From NCBI GenBank assembly GCA_950097015.1, contig CATNEN010000009.1, positions 868,001 through 932,000 of the forward strand: a DNA stretch of 64,000 nt. The letters are read 5' to 3'. A program made the translations under genes and the position numbers. Shown here in pieces: positions 45,901 through 59,400 of this stretch (position 1 is the first letter of the stretch; each line of letters starts with the position of its first letter). The stretch comes from Macrostomum hystrix (lineage: Eukaryota; Animalia; Platyhelminthes). The notes beneath the pieces are model-generated. The model did not search any database and was not told where the DNA came from. It worked only from the letters and a program-made list of their open reading frames with translations.

Positions 45901-48900
45901 GATGATTTCCCGCTTGGCTGCCAGGCATGCCAGGCTCAGGCTGAACAGGTGATTGTGCGACTTCAGGACCCAGGCGAGTGTGTCCATTCCCGGGTTGCTA
46001 GGCAGGGTGCCAATAACAACGTCTAGGGCGCGATTAGCTCGGTATCCCTCGCCCAGGACGCCTTCGCCGTCGGAGACCCAGTCGACCAGGGCGTGCATGA
46101 TGATTGGCTTCACTTGCATGTAGTTCCACGCATAGCTTAGCACCTGGCAACGGTTGGGGTGGCGTCAGAGATTGCACAGCAACCAGCATAGAAACGTTAA
46201 GATAAATTTACGTTTCCGTTAAAAGATAAATAAGGCCTCAATCTGAGGATCTTGGAGATTTGGGGAAAGGCCACAATCTGAGGATCTTGGAGAGTTGGGG
46301 AAAGGCCACAATCTGAGGATCTTGGAGAGTTGGGGAAAGGCCACAATCTGAGGATCTTGGAGAGTTGGGGAAAGGCCACAATCTGAGGATCTGAATAATA
46401 TATTTAGGGAAAGACACCATCCTTAAGGATTGTTGGAGTGAGGATATAGTATGAGCACTAGAGTTTCAAGCTTGACAAGGATCTGTGGGAATTTGCAGTA
46501 ACATACTGATAAGGAGTTTGATAATTAACCGAAAATGACCAGTATGACTTACAAAAGCGACGCTAGAATGGTTGGACAGCAGAATGCAGATGAGGCAGTG
46601 CAGTAGCTCTTGCTTTAGAATGCCCATAGACTCGTGGGCTTGCAGCAGGCACATCATAAGCAGATCTGGACAGGCCTTCACTGGATAATCGAAGAGTTCT
46701 CGGACCTCAGTGTAGAAGCCCTGCTCAGCCAGATTCATCAGTGCGTCGATGAGGTCGAGGTTGCGCCAAGTCTGGGCGCCGCGCAGGTCGTCCTCAGGCG
46801 TCGCAACCTTCAGCCGACCAACGTCAGCCTGTCTGCAGCGGAAGTAGGCCAAGCAGAAGATATCCGGGTGGTTTATGCAATAGCGCAGGAAGGACAGCTG
46901 ACCCTGGGCGTTGCTCCAGAGCCGGTAGAAGGTCTCGATCGGCAGGTCGCTGCTGGGGCCCTGGCCGCCATTGGCTAGGAACTTGCGCAGCAGCTCAAAG
47001 GCTCGCTTGGATTTCACCTGAGACAGTAAGATGAGTTGGGGATAAACTTTCTGCCAATCAGAACTTAAATTAATTATGCTTACAGACCAGCGAACTGTTT
47101 TGGATTACACTGCCTGGAGATCTACATGGTAACTCAAGCAAGAATGCAATATTGCAATGCAATCGCAGCCAGCAGCTCACCTCAAAGCCTGGGTGGTCCA
47201 GCTCGGGTACCACACTGCGAAACTGCAGGCCAGGATTGAGCTCTCGCACAGCCACCAGGAAATGTTCAACATTCCAGGAGTCCGCCGGCTGCTCCAGTTT
47301 CCAGCTAGCGGAGCTGGAGGCGCCGGGACCGTGCAGGGCGATCTGGTCACTGGCACCGCCCTCGCAGGTGCGCATGAACATGGAGATGCAGCGCGCCACC
47401 GCGGCTGGGGTGATGTCGCGCACGCCGAACTCCGTGAGAGTCTGCCGCATCTCGTCCAGCGTGGCAGTGCAGCCGTAGCCCAGCTCTTCTAGCAGCTCAG
47501 CCAGGCTGCTGTCAACCTGCTGACTGGACTGCAGCGCCGAGTTTGAGCTCACGACCATCTGCTGAAGGCTGGTTGGCTCGCGGAAGGCCTTGGACATCGG
47601 CAAGTCTTCGGTCTCGGCGTACAGTAGAGGCGCCAGGACCACTGGTACTCTCTGCTTGGGGAAGTCTTTGCGCAGCACGCGAAGGAAGGCTTCGATGAGG
47701 TCCTGGCTGGCGCCAAACCTATGCGGCTCCTCACGCAGCTTGGTGAGGATGAGGTGCACCATTTCGATGCTCATGTCTTGCAGGCCGGCGACACCGCCTC
47801 CGCCGCCAACGCCGCCGACACCGTCGTGACCACCCGCGCCAGCATCGGCGTCAACGTAGGTGGCCAGGAGGTCGGGGAGCTTGGACCGGAGCCAGGCCTG
47901 GGCGCCTTCGCGCGTCTCAATGCGCAGGGAGGACAGCAAAGCCAGGCCGAGTGTGACTTCTTGCACCCGGCTGAGCTTGAGGGTGCGGCTGACCTGCGGC
48001 AGGAGACTTGGGCCGGGCCGAAGGCTCTTCTGAGACGCAAAAGGATGATCGAGCGCATAGCAGATAAGGGTGACGAAGTTGGGCTTAGCAAACAGGCTGT
48101 TCATCTCCTGGATGAGCAGCTGGGTCTGGTGATAGTCTTTTACAGAGCCCCTGGCATCGTGCGGCGCGCCAGAGAAGTCGATGGCTGAGAACAGGCACCT
48201 GTATAGATGACGCTCGGCCTCGAAGCCATGTTGATTGACCAGCTGTTGTGGATTGGGAATGGATGGAGATAAATAAATGCACAATCTGCCTAACATAATA
48301 CTGTCTTTTATGGTTGTTGCTGCCATTTTTGCAATTATACTGAGGATTCCATGTATATATAGGCATTAGTATTTTATTGGACATTTGTTTCTGTGACTTT
48401 TATATAGTTTCAAGAGTAGTATTAGTGTTGATTGATGAGCTGTTTAGTTGTGAAGAAAGTGTAGAAAATACCTCAATAAGATTTTTTAAATAATAAATGC
48501 TATAAAAAGCTTCTAACATCTGATTTATGTGCATAAGTTACTTTAAGGAAATTTAGGAATTCCCATAAGAAATTAAGGCAAATAATTTAACCTAAATTTG
48601 CTCTTTTTAACTCAGACTTTAATCTTGAGACTTTGTGTTGCTACAATATTATCCACAATTTTATAAAAATTAGCTGTTATCACTCTGCTTTTTCTTGATT
48701 CTAACACCATCAAGCATTTTAATCAGCTTAAATCAAACTTCCCAAAGTTCTTTACACTTTAAAGTTCTTTGTCTATCAAATATAAAGCATTTCTCTTTGA
48801 TAAGAGGTTTTTGTAGCTGAACTTGTAAATTTCCTTATTGGCTATATTACCAATGGCTATAGATGAGAAAGACAAGCTGGCACTCTAAATCCATTCTGTT

Positions 48901-50241
48901 TAAATTCTAGAGTTTCTTAGATTTCTACCATAATTATGAGATTTGCAAGTAATAAATTGATATAGTTATAACTTGCTCTTGAAAATGATTTGCTTTTAAT
49001 TGTAAATTTAATCAAAGGAATAAAATATAGCCAATAGATACAAGTTAATGTTGTTTAGATTATTTAGGCACATATCATAAAAATACACTGTTTATGTTAC
49101 ATAAGTAGGGTTTGTAGCCTAGTGGTTAGAGCGTCAGAATTATGCTTGGAAGGTTGTGGGTTCAATTTGCATCTTCATAAGAACAATTTGTGTTGTTTAG
49201 CAAGAAAAAGAACTTGTATTGCCTTAGCTGTTAAATGGGCACCAATATTTGCTAGGATAATTAAGGGTGGGTGTGGCATTGCCCAAGTCATCAACTGAAC
49301 TGCCATATATGACCCTTAGATGTGCCATGCTATAGCTGCGGCTGTGCTGTTGGCTGCAGATCTGGCCCTATTGGGGGAGATGTAATTAATTATTATTAAT
49401 AGGCCTATGGGATATGCTTCTTGAACTTTAATTCTATAAAATAGTTCTGGTTTTGGTTTGTTTATAAATCTGAGGCTATACAGGATTTTTTGCATGCTGA
49501 ATTATAAAAAAAAAACAACCCATTTTGTTTCATCTCTAACCACTTTATATGGAATGGCTACCAAATCACAAGATTTCCATACTAATCTGGACATAGGGAG
49601 TCAGGGGTTTTGGGTGGGGTAAATTTAATATAGGAGAAAAATAGGATTAACTTTCAATATATACATGGACCTAATGATTATAAGACCCAATTTACAATTT
49701 TGTGGGCCTATTTTGTGGATATTGTTAGATCGATAGATAGCTATAGATAGCTATTTAACATAATTTAGTGCAGTAATTTTGTCTTCTGTTTTTCTGTTTG
49801 CCTGGTTCTTTATGCATTACTTTGCTTGTATATACACATAATTCCCTGCAAATTGGGGTCCCTTATTTGAAGACAGATCTGCAAAGCATGCAATGAAAGC
49901 AATGCAAATGGATTCTTAGCGCCTGTGCAGCTTGGATGAAATTTTGTTTGTCTGGAAACATTAAGGACACAAGGCATCTTGTGTTCTTAAAATCTGAATA
50001 TCAAAGTTTCAGAAATAGCATTAGCGTAAAAAGCCAGATTGTCACGAAAAAAACATAAAAGTTTAATAAAAAAACGAATAGCTGAAAAGGTTTTTAAATT
50101 AGCAAAGCTAAAGTATTATCAGCAAAATTATTAAATACTTACCTGGGAAATCTCTGACAGTGACTGTTTCAGAGTCTTCTTGTTTAGAGAAGTAACTAAA
50201 TTCTCTATCTGAACAAGCGCAAATTGCAACACATCTAGCAT
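36946..50241 (-). CDS. CNOT1: CCR4-NOT transcription complex subunit 1, ~2473 aa; exons 50143-50241, 47181-48242, 46553-47017, 45480-46143, 44698-45340, 41248-44106, 40628-41108, 39531-40333, 38636-38770, 36946-37156
   Basis: Phase-consistent 7422 nt. N-terminus [41 protein letters not shown]; MIF4G-like [22 protein letters not shown]; DUF3819-like VRKDFALD; C-terminal [37 protein letters not shown]. Confidence 0.96.
38866..39505. repeat. 37-bp minisatellite GAGTACACCAATTCAATGACAGTTTATCCCTGTCTCT in CNOT1 intron 8
   Basis: About 17 copies. Confidence 0.95.
46235..46395. repeat. Short ~36-bp tandem repeat (AAAGGCCACAATCTGAGGATCTTGGAGAGTTGGGG) in CNOT1 intron 3
   Basis: About 4 copies. Confidence 0.9.
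49108..49400 (+). mobile_element. tRNA-derived SINE, family A, degenerate copy
   Basis: GGGTTTGTAGCCTAGTGGTTAGAGCG head; AGCTGTTAAATGGG and GCGGCTGTGCTGTTGGCTGCA body. Confidence 0.8.
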
Positions 50242-51809
50242 TTTGTCAATAGAAAGACAGCTAGCTAAACTGATCTTTTATAAAGCCTACCAGATAAGAA
50301 AGGTACTATTGTATTGTTTAATGGATGAAAAATGGCATGTACAAGACACAAGAAAAATGCATTCTTATAATTACATTTCAAACTTGCGCTTTACATTTGA
50401 AGTATCTAAATCCGCAAATCAAGCTCAATAAATACAGGCGAGCAATGACAATAAGTAAGTACACGAATTATGTTAAATCGAGCACCTGTTTTGCAAAAGC
50501 TGAAGTAAACAAAAAACTTAAATTTGAGCTTATATCATTAGGATTTAAATTGTTAGGATTTATTAACAAAAAAATGCTATAAAGTCAGCATTTTTTAAAG
50601 AAAATTAATAGTTTGTCAGTTCATTTTTTTCTTACAGTTTTTTTTGCAGTAGGTATTTGCTAAAACGAAAACTTTGATTTAATAAATAGGTGCAAATCTT
50701 TCAGATCAATATGTAAACACGTACCCTCGCAGCACGCCGTCGTAACGTACGACTTTCTATTTTTGCTGATTGTGTCAAACCGTTCGTCCCTAAGTAGTTA
50801 GTTGCAACAATGTACGACCGCTCAGCCTTTTTCAAATATGGGCGCATTGTCAGTTTTACGCAGTTGTTTGAACAATATATTATTTGTTTGTGTTTTCCTA
50901 TAACATTTCTTTATCTGTTTGTATGTCCCTATGGCTGGCTATGGCTATGGTATGTGTTTGATTGTTACCCCCTGTGAGGAATATGCCTATGCTTTGCATT
51001 GGGCAACCCGAGGGGGGCTAAATGGCTCGTTATTGTGCTATTTAAAAAATCTTAAGAGAAACTAAAGGAAAGGCTTGTAAAAAACATATTTAGGAAGGTG
51101 GATGATGTGGCAGGTTGAAACTGGGTTGTACACCAACTAGATTTTTTTGCATGAATGTGTGCAAAGGGATGGTAACAGCCGGTCAAAGACCAAAATGTAC
51201 AACACTAGTTCAGGCCACCTTCCGAACTATAGAAAAAGGCATTACAGGAAATTCAAGCACATTCTGTGGGAAGAGTAATTGCCATAAATATTTTTGAGGT
51301 TGAGATGTCTCTCAAACAGAGCTTCTCTCAGAAGTGCCCTGCATGGCCCTTAATTTGACCATTACAACTTACAAGGGCCAAGACCCTTGATAGTGTTGGT
51401 GTGGACTGTTGTGTTGTGACTCCTTAGGGTCAACATAATGCAACCTATAATTTATGACAGCATGGTTTTGCAGTAGGCCTAAAGTAAAGTGTTACCATTT
51501 TATCATTACAAGCAAGCAACAAAGCCCTAGGCCTAGTGAGTGACACTCCCTGTAGCTAAGCAAAGTATAAAAATAATTTAACCTTACAAACTAGGCAATT
51601 GCCCACATGGCCATGGGGCACACCAAGGTTCTTGGTAACATGTAGGGCCAGGGTTTTATTTCATCAAAAAAGCAGATGCAAGCTCGCATCTTAAGCCCAA
51701 AGTCTATGTCCAAATTAAAAAGTATAGGTGCAGATTGTATCTACGCCCTAAATAAGGTCTAACCCAAATATTGGTTTTTATTAAATATAATATTTATTGA
51801 TAAATATTA

Positions 51810-52085
51810 GGGCATTCGACTCACAACTTGAAGGTCGGGGGTTCGATTCCTGTCTCCACTTAAACAATTTGTGTCCTTTAGCAAGACACTTAACTCTGCA
51901 TTGCTTCAGTTCACCCAGCTGTTAAATGGGTACCAGCATTAGCTGGGATAATTAAAGGTGGGTGTGGCATCCCCCCAGTCCATGGACTGAACAGCCGTAC
52001 GTAGCCTTCAGATGTGCCGCGTAATAGCTACAGCTGTGCTGTTGGCTGCACATCTGACCCAATTAGGGCAGGTGTAATAAAAAAA
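51810..52085 (+). mobile_element. tRNA-derived SINE, family A, 5'-truncated copy
   Basis: B box GGTTCGATTCC, then TGTCCTTTAGCAAGACACTTAACTCTGCATTGCTTCAGTTCACCCAGCTGTTAAATGGGTACC. Confidence 0.85.
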
Positions 52086-53346
52086 TTATTGATAAAAATC
52101 TATATTTGCATTTGCATCTTACCTTAGAAAAGCAGGTACAAGATTTGCATCTGTAGTAGGGATGCTTTTATCATTTTATAAAAGTTAAATTTGTACCTAT
52201 GCTCTTTGTTCAAATGTGCTAAATATTTTTATATGTAAAATATTTAAAATTCTGTCAAATTCATTCATTTTAACAAACCATTTTTGTGTATATAAACAAA
52301 TGCAATTCCTATGAAACAAATCAACATGCCAGTGTGGTGAAAAGCAAATAAGCTATAACAGAGTAAGGTGTTCAAGTGTTAAGTTGGTTTTTGAGGATGT
52401 GACCCTTTGATCCACAGAAAGTGCCCAGCAAAGACTAGAGAATAAAAGACCAGTGCCTTAGAAAGATAAACTGATCATGCTAAGTGATACACTACCAAGA
52501 GAGAGGAAGATAGAGTTATAAGCCCTGTTACACATCTGATCTGATTCCCAAAATTTAGGTGCAAATCAGGATTTTAGGTTGTGAGCTGCACCTAATTTGC
52601 ATAAAAAACCTTGTGCAGGGCACAATTTTAGTATACACTTATGTTCTTAGTTAAAGTTATCACACTGTAGTCAAAGTCATTTTTAATTTATACCAAAGTA
52701 AATTTTGGTTGATGTTTAGGCCTATTTGATTTTTTAGTAGCAAATGCCTGTTTAAAAATCTTATCTTGCCAACTAGGCCAAATTGTGTTTAATTAGCTTT
52801 TGGAAATAAAATACAAAGTATATTTAAATATAGCATGGCTTTAGATATAAGAATTATTGTTTGACATCTTATGTACTTTGTACATAGATACAATGTACCA
52901 TAGTCCAGAAAAATTGTTGATCAATATCTTTTTACTGCTATTGAATAAAACTTTGTCTGTTTGTGTATTTACTATTTATATTAAAAGTGGCTAGCAATGT
53001 CCAATTTGGATCTCAATAATGATGAAAAAACTTGAGCATTTCAACTGAGAAACATTCAGTGATTGTGAATGATAGGACTGATCTATGAGTCAATACTGGA
53101 CATCTGCCTATTTTACTGTTTTTTCATGATTTTACATTTATTTACATGAAATGATGAAAAATATTGAGCCTTTTAACTGAGAAAACGTTCAGTGATTGTG
53201 AATGGTAGGACTGATCCCACTTAAAAAGCACTAAGTAGTTGCTAGTTACCTAGTTATTACAGTATCCATTAAACGCTACAGTGTCCATTCACTCCTTTCA
53301 ACAAACCATAGGAGGACATCCGTGTCAAGTAACTAACCAACCAAAC

Positions 53347-53745
53347 ATGAGCGACACAGAAGAAGATGCCCCTTCTGGCGAAATGACCATTGCCACCGCC
53401 GTTCAGGAGGTTCTAAAGGCTTCGCTCACTCACGACGGTCTGGCGCGTGGCCTCCACGAAGCTACAAAAGCGCTGGAGAAGCGAACCGCGCACCTGTGCG
53501 TGCTGGCCAGTGACTGTGACGAGGGCGCTTATGCCAAGCTGGTGGAGGCCCTCTGCTCTGAGCACAGCGTCCGCCTAGTGCGAGTTGAGCAGGCCAAGCA
53601 GCTGGGCGAGTGGGCCGGCTTGTGCAAGGTCGACAAGGAGGGAAAGCCGCGCAAGGTGTTGAAATGCTCCTGCGTGGTTGTGCGCGACATCGGCTCCTCC
53701 ACGGCCAGCCCGGCCATGGAGTTTCTCGGCAGCCTGGCCGAGTAG
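53347..53745 (+). CDS. RPS12: 40S ribosomal protein S12 (eS12), 132 aa, intronless CDS
   Basis: [74 protein letters not shown] is the eS12 signature; ATG at 53347. Confidence 0.95.
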   Translation: MSDTEEDAPSGEMTIATAVQEVLKASLTHDGLARGLHEATKALEKRTAHLCVLASDCDEGAYAKLVEALCSEHSVRLVRVEQAKQLGEWAGLCKVDKEGKPRKVLKCSCVVVRDIGSSTASPAMEFLGSLAE

Positions 53746-56619
53746 CTTGACTCAGCTCTGGCGACCTGAACTGCTCAGTTTTAAGGCGAACGTCCTTAAA
53801 TGACTGCTAGCCGAGATCGTTAGGCTTGCCCTATGATCTGCAAATCATCCATCGTAGATTGATGTTTCTTCCATTGTTACGCGTTTTTTTTAATTATTGT
53901 GGCCTTCTCTCAAATAGAACTTTATCTACAGTCTGTGCAAGATCGTTGCTTTTATAGAGTTAAAGAGATTATCTGTAAATCAAAACTGATTTTACTGATG
54001 CATTGTCTCCATTCGTTAATTTATTCGGTACATTTCTAATAAGATATTCTGGGCTGGATTTTAGAGAGCTAAGTGGGGAGATCAGCCTTCTTTGTCATTT
54101 AATAACTGTCGACCTGTTTATTGAAAGCTTGCAGCTTTGCTGATTGTTGACCCATAACAACAACTGTACACTCACTAAGCCTTGGGTTGGTCCTCAAAGA
54201 CGTAAACAAGCGCCCAAGGCCAAGCCTTCTCTACTCGGCTGCGCCCCTAAAGAGTGCACTCTCTGCGAAATCGAACATCCAGGAACCGCGACGTTGTGTT
54301 AGTGTGGTGCTTTATGAATAGACGATATCAGGCACAGGCAGGAGCTTATATTTGCGCGGTGCGCTGTGAAGCACAATAAACACCTGACTATGCTTGAAAC
54401 CGGTCTGATTTCATTAAATCAGGGCCCAGGACTTACCGTTAGAATTCGTGAGCCTTGGCTCTGAGATGCTGAGGTGAAGCGCCAGCTGCTTGCAGGTTAA
54501 TTGCTGTCGGTGGAGCCGCTGCTTTTATGCAGTTGTATTGCGGCATCTTATCTGCTAATTATCTCCGTGTTCGCGGCGCTGACGACAGAATAGAAAATAA
54601 CAGCTTCTATCCGCAATGGCCCGCGTGATTCATGCCAGCATGGCCGCCCCCTGCGCTCCAAGATTCAGCGGAAAGTTAATCTGTGCAACTCCAGCTGCAG
54701 GATATATCCGGCACAATCAGTGTGATGTCATGCATAAACGCAGTCGGCATGCAATATTGAGCCTGTGCATTGGCAATCGGCCGGCATGACTATTCAGACT
54801 TAGACTTACCGTCAGCCACCGTTCGAATTGTTGTTGGACGATGCTTGCTTAGATAAGAAATTTGCAACTGATGCATGGCTACAAACAACTGCACCAGCCT
54901 GGTTTGGCTTAATTCTATACCTGTAATCGTTAATCTATCGCTGGTACAAGTATGTACCCGTATACTTTGAAAATCAAAATAGCCTTTGAAGCTATTTTTG
55001 CGATTCTCCTTATATGGATTGTTGGGGTTGCGTGCAGCCTCTGTGTATAGCAACAACGCACACTAAGTCAAGTCTAGATGCACATGCGGTACATAGACCA
55101 TCGACCCGTGACATTGCTGTGTGCCATCGTGTATCGACCAGCCTTAGGCCGGCAGGTAGGCGGTGACGGGAGCCGTTCTGGGCGGTCCGCCGGTCTGTCC
55201 TTTAGTGTTGGCGTCCATCCCATCGGGAAGAAACTTGGTTCCTGAACGAGCCGCGGGATGCTGTCGGGCTGGCGAATCTCATCGATGAACGGTTGGGCCT
55301 GAGGTAGAATAGCCGGGTCATGACGATGGCCCGAATGATTTCATTTCGGTTCAGAAGGATGGACAAGTACGGGTGTCCCAAAAGTCCGTGCAATTTTTTA
55401 ACTTTCTGGTTTTCTGGCCACTCAGATACTCGTATATATTCTGAATTTAAAAGAGATTATTTAGAACAAAATAATCTGCCCGTGAAAGCAACTTTTTGTT
55501 TCTTGATAGATCTATGCGCTCTCTAGATATATTTTACCTTTAGTTCCCCCTTTACTAATTCTGCGAAGAGCCGCCAGCTGAAGGTTCCGACTTTATCGAT
55601 CTGTTGACATGTTTGGAACTTCTGTAATGTGCCATGCATTGGATGAGTTATGCACTTTGAGGTAAAATTTCTTTCATCTGGATAGTTTATGGTGAAAACT
55701 ACACACTCCATTTGGTAGATCATGTCAATGTCATCAAAGGTCAACCACTTGTGAACGCCTGTGTTGCTTGAAAAAGTTTAGATGAGCTCAGTGCACATCA
55801 TCGAGAGTCAACGCAGCCAGATTTTCGCACTGTGGACTGCAGGCGAGGGATGCTAGCCTGATTGCTGACCATCTTGAAAAGCAACTCGTAGACGATGGTC
55901 TTAAGCTGCGGGTCATTTATCGCTGGATTCAACGATTCAGGAGTGCAGCCTCGGCAAGAGCCTCTAGAAAGCCAGTGGATGCATGAGAAAACAGCAAATC
56001 ATATTATTTTAAACTGTCACATTCAGAATATCGGCCAGAAACGGCTGAAATAAAAAAGTCTCTCGTACCACATGTTACTTGTGCCACAGCAACAACAGAA
56101 CGCCACGGCTCGCAACAACACGAAGGGGTCTTGGAGAAGGCAGGTCTTCACGGATGTCGTGTGAACGTTCTCCATTTGACTAACGTTTTAAGCCGCTTTG
56201 GAGAATTCTCGCCCTTCGCCGTAGCCTATTTAGCCGTAATATGACGGTCGCTTACTGCGAAGACTCATCTTATAACATGTTTTTCTCTGCTAGCTAACAC
56301 AGTCCACATTATCGGTGTAACTTCAAGGCTGCAATAAAAAAACCTGAAGCAAGTATCTTGTCGAAATTGCGACAGACCTGTCCTTCGGCAGAGCTAGCGC
56401 GTCTGTGTTACCAAGGTAACTTTCCCCGGGAGGGTTGAGTACGGTACGAACCTCAGGGGCGCTGAGTGTGTCCTAAAACCACACAGTGTCTGGTCAAACC
56501 TGCGCGTCTCCACGCCATTAAAGACAACGAACCGTCCCAACGCCTGGAATTTCCCGTATTCCTCACAGAACTGTGGGCTGCTGGGCTATCAAACCAAGCC
56601 GTCACTACAGTTGCACTGT

Positions 56620-57060
56620 GCGAATTGTGAATCGCAGACCGCATGGATTTATTGTGCCACAAAAACGTATCTGAGAAATCTGGAGTGCTGAGAGTGCTGA
56701 GTGCGGGGGTGGCGGATCGGGCTCGACTGGGTGCTTGGCCCTCAGAGCGTCAGCTGCCATGTTGTCTGGCTTCACCAGGTCGTTGATGAACGCTCGGGCG
56801 GTCACAGACGCCACCAACGTTGACCCGGCTGCGGACAGAGCGGGTGAGTGCGCCATCATGAAGTGGCCTGCGGTGATGATGCCGTGCCCCGAGGCGATCA
56901 GCGCCAGGCCCCGACTGCTGCTCACGCAGCCGCTGCTTCAAGGCTCCGCGGCCCATGCGCTCGGTGGGAGCGAGGATCCGCCGCTTGGGCCAGGTGAGCA
57001 GCTCTGTCCAGGCGGTGATTGAGTCTGAGTTGTTGCAATGCCGGCAGTCGGAAGCGCAGC
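56620..57060 (-). mobile_element. Probable decayed fragment of a CRE-like non-LTR retrotransposon (region just upstream of the RT)
   Basis: Frameshifted translation AWTELLTWPKRRILAP..; LTRSVRSRVNVG; ALRAKHPVEP; then CGLR. This resembles the AW..LL / V..K...G / L..KHP / DGLR motif order I recall from this clade. No RT core is visible. Confidence 0.4.
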
Positions 57061-59059
57061 TTTCTGAGTTGCATAGGTGCATCAGGTAGCAACGGGAGGG
57101 CTGAGTCTGCAGGGGCTAATAAATTTAAACAAATAATAACAATAATATTAATAGAACGCCCTTGACAACCACAAACTGGCCCAAATGGGGCGCTTTTTTA
57201 CTGCATTCGAGCTCAGGCTCACCTTTTATGACTCCCTATGACAAGTAAAGAGGATGGGTTTGCCGCTGGTTTTCTGCAAGGACATTTGGCGTTCTAGCCG
57301 GCCGACTATTCGCTGACAGGCTGGGGCTTCTTGTCTGATTGATCCAGAGGATGGCATTTCGCAGGCCTGTATTAGAAAGTGCGCATGAGACGCTCCCTCG
57401 AGGATCCTTTTCCCCGTTCGGACCACTCCTCCCACGTCTACGGACGGTTTTCCATCGTTTCCTACCGCTTTAGCTCGTTCCGAGCTTCCCCGGACATTTC
57501 CCTTGTCCACAGACAGCCCCAGGGCTGTAGACCCTCATAGCAGTTGCTCGGCCATCTCTAGCAAATCCAGGTGAATTGCCTTGAGTTCGAGCACAGTGCT
57601 ACAAGCATTTGGCCTTTCGCCTTAGCCATTCCCTTAGCTCCCTTAGCCATAAGCTCCCCGAGCACGACTGGCCTGTGGCCTCTCAAACTCCGATCATCAG
57701 ATAAGATGAGGTCTGATGACCATCAGATCAGGCTTTATTTGAATAGGGCTGGTCGCACACTATTGGGCAGCAGCCTAATATTCTAATTAAGTAAATACTT
57801 ACCAATCATCATAACAACTGCTAGGCTGAACTAATATCAACAAATAGGTTAGATAACAGTTAAATCTCTTTGCACTATTATGCTTTTATCTTTGTCCTTT
57901 ACTCTGCCAGCCTGCCGTTAGCCATGAGCTGCTAATCCCCAGGGGCATGGCGTTGGCAATGCCTAGCTAAAGGCATCGCTTGGACGAATAACTGAGCGCG
58001 TATATAAGACTCGATACGGAGCTGGGGTTTGCAAGTGAATTGAGGAGTGTAGTGCGAGTACTCTATTTGGGGCAGAAGAGTCCTTGGCCGGGTAATTAGC
58101 CTGTTTTCCGCATGGGCCAAGTGCACGGATGAAGCCCCTTTCCGATTGGAGCTACCCATTTCCCCCTCGTACTTCTGCGGCACCGAGAGTGAGATTGATT
58201 GCGTCACCGTGTTTCACCGCTTGCATCATCACTTGGCCAGTTGTTCTGCTTAATCTCTCCAAGCCTCTGATTTCCTCACTCACACAGAGTCGGCATGTCA
58301 GTTACCGAACGTGTAGGCTTCAGTTTCTAATGCAGAAAATGCATTGTGAGTAGGATTTTGGCTACGGATCTCGTTCGAGTTTTTAGAGCCACCTTTCTAG
58401 ACCCGTGAGGCGTGCTTTGCATTGCTATGTCTTGGTGTTGTTTTGCTGTATCTCGAGGCCCTGAAGGATCCATTAGCCGGGTACGAAGCATCGCTTGGGG
58501 TAGGCGGGATTTGCCTAGATTTTTAGCCCATGGGATGAGTGGGACTGGCCAAGCCTGAGGGCCAATAGGACCACTCCCTCTGTCACTGAGCACTGTTCCT
58601 CTCCCTCTTCCTCTCCACCTTGGAGCCAGTTCCCTGTGCCTCCTTCCCCTGTCCCCTTCCCCTGCCTGCTACTCTGTGCTGTTCCTCTCCCACTTCCCTC
58701 TCCCCTGCCTATTCCCCTTCCTCCTACCCTCTCTTCCCATTCTCCTTCCCTCTTTCCTCTCCCCTCCCCCTTCCTCTTCCACTTCCTGCACTGGGGAGTC
58801 TAGGGCCCCATTTAGTAAATTATCTGCTCGGCCAGCTGGCCAGCTAAATTATCAGTGATGATCCCGCGGGTTGGGATTAATTCGGCAGTCATGAGACTCC
58901 GCCACTCTTTGAGTCCAAGCACCCACTTCAAGATGGATAATTTGTTAAAATTTATTCAACAATTCAGCCGACCGAGGTCTTCCAGGACCTGCTACAGAGT
59001 CCGTGTGCAGCATTGCAGACAGGGCAGACAGGACGACTACTTAAGGCGACCGGGAGCGA

Positions 59060-59400
59060 CTGGCAGATCGGTCTCGCGCCAATGTCCCTGAGCTCGATTC
59101 CGCGACGAGGCCATACGAGTCTAGGCATTTACGGTGCATCCTTTGATAGAAGGCTTGGGGGATTGTCGAGCAATATTTTTCCTTGAGAGATAAATCCAAG
59201 GCACAGTGAGGGTGTAGATCTGACGATGAGAAAGTCAGGTAGATGTACACGCCAGCTAGTGTGTGGCAGGTTGGTGATGTTTATCTGATGTGAGTGACAG
59301 GTGAGTGACAGGTGAGACATTTAAGCTTGCCAAGTAAACGGCTGGACAATGAACAGAGAGAAGCTGAAGCAGAAATATGTGTCCATTATTATTATAATTG
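59060..59400 (+). mobile_element. SINE family B, possibly the most complete copy (with tRNA-like head)
   Basis: A-box-like TGGCAGATCGG and B-box-like GCTCGATTCC; CCAAGGCACAGTG; CTGACGATGAGAAAGTCAG hairpin; ATTATTATTAT near 59390. Confidence 0.65.

Noticed and set aside
39590-48188. Numerous plus-strand ORFs over CNOT1
   Set aside because: Antisense shadows of GC-rich coding exons.
54790-55960. Minus-strand coding-like fragments, two containing SIPRL
   Set aside because: Broken by stops and frameshifts and not assignable to any family by eye.
57128-57195. Possible 3' stub of a LINE (GC hairpin plus AT-rich tail on the minus strand)
   Set aside because: Single short instance with no second copy in the window to confirm it.
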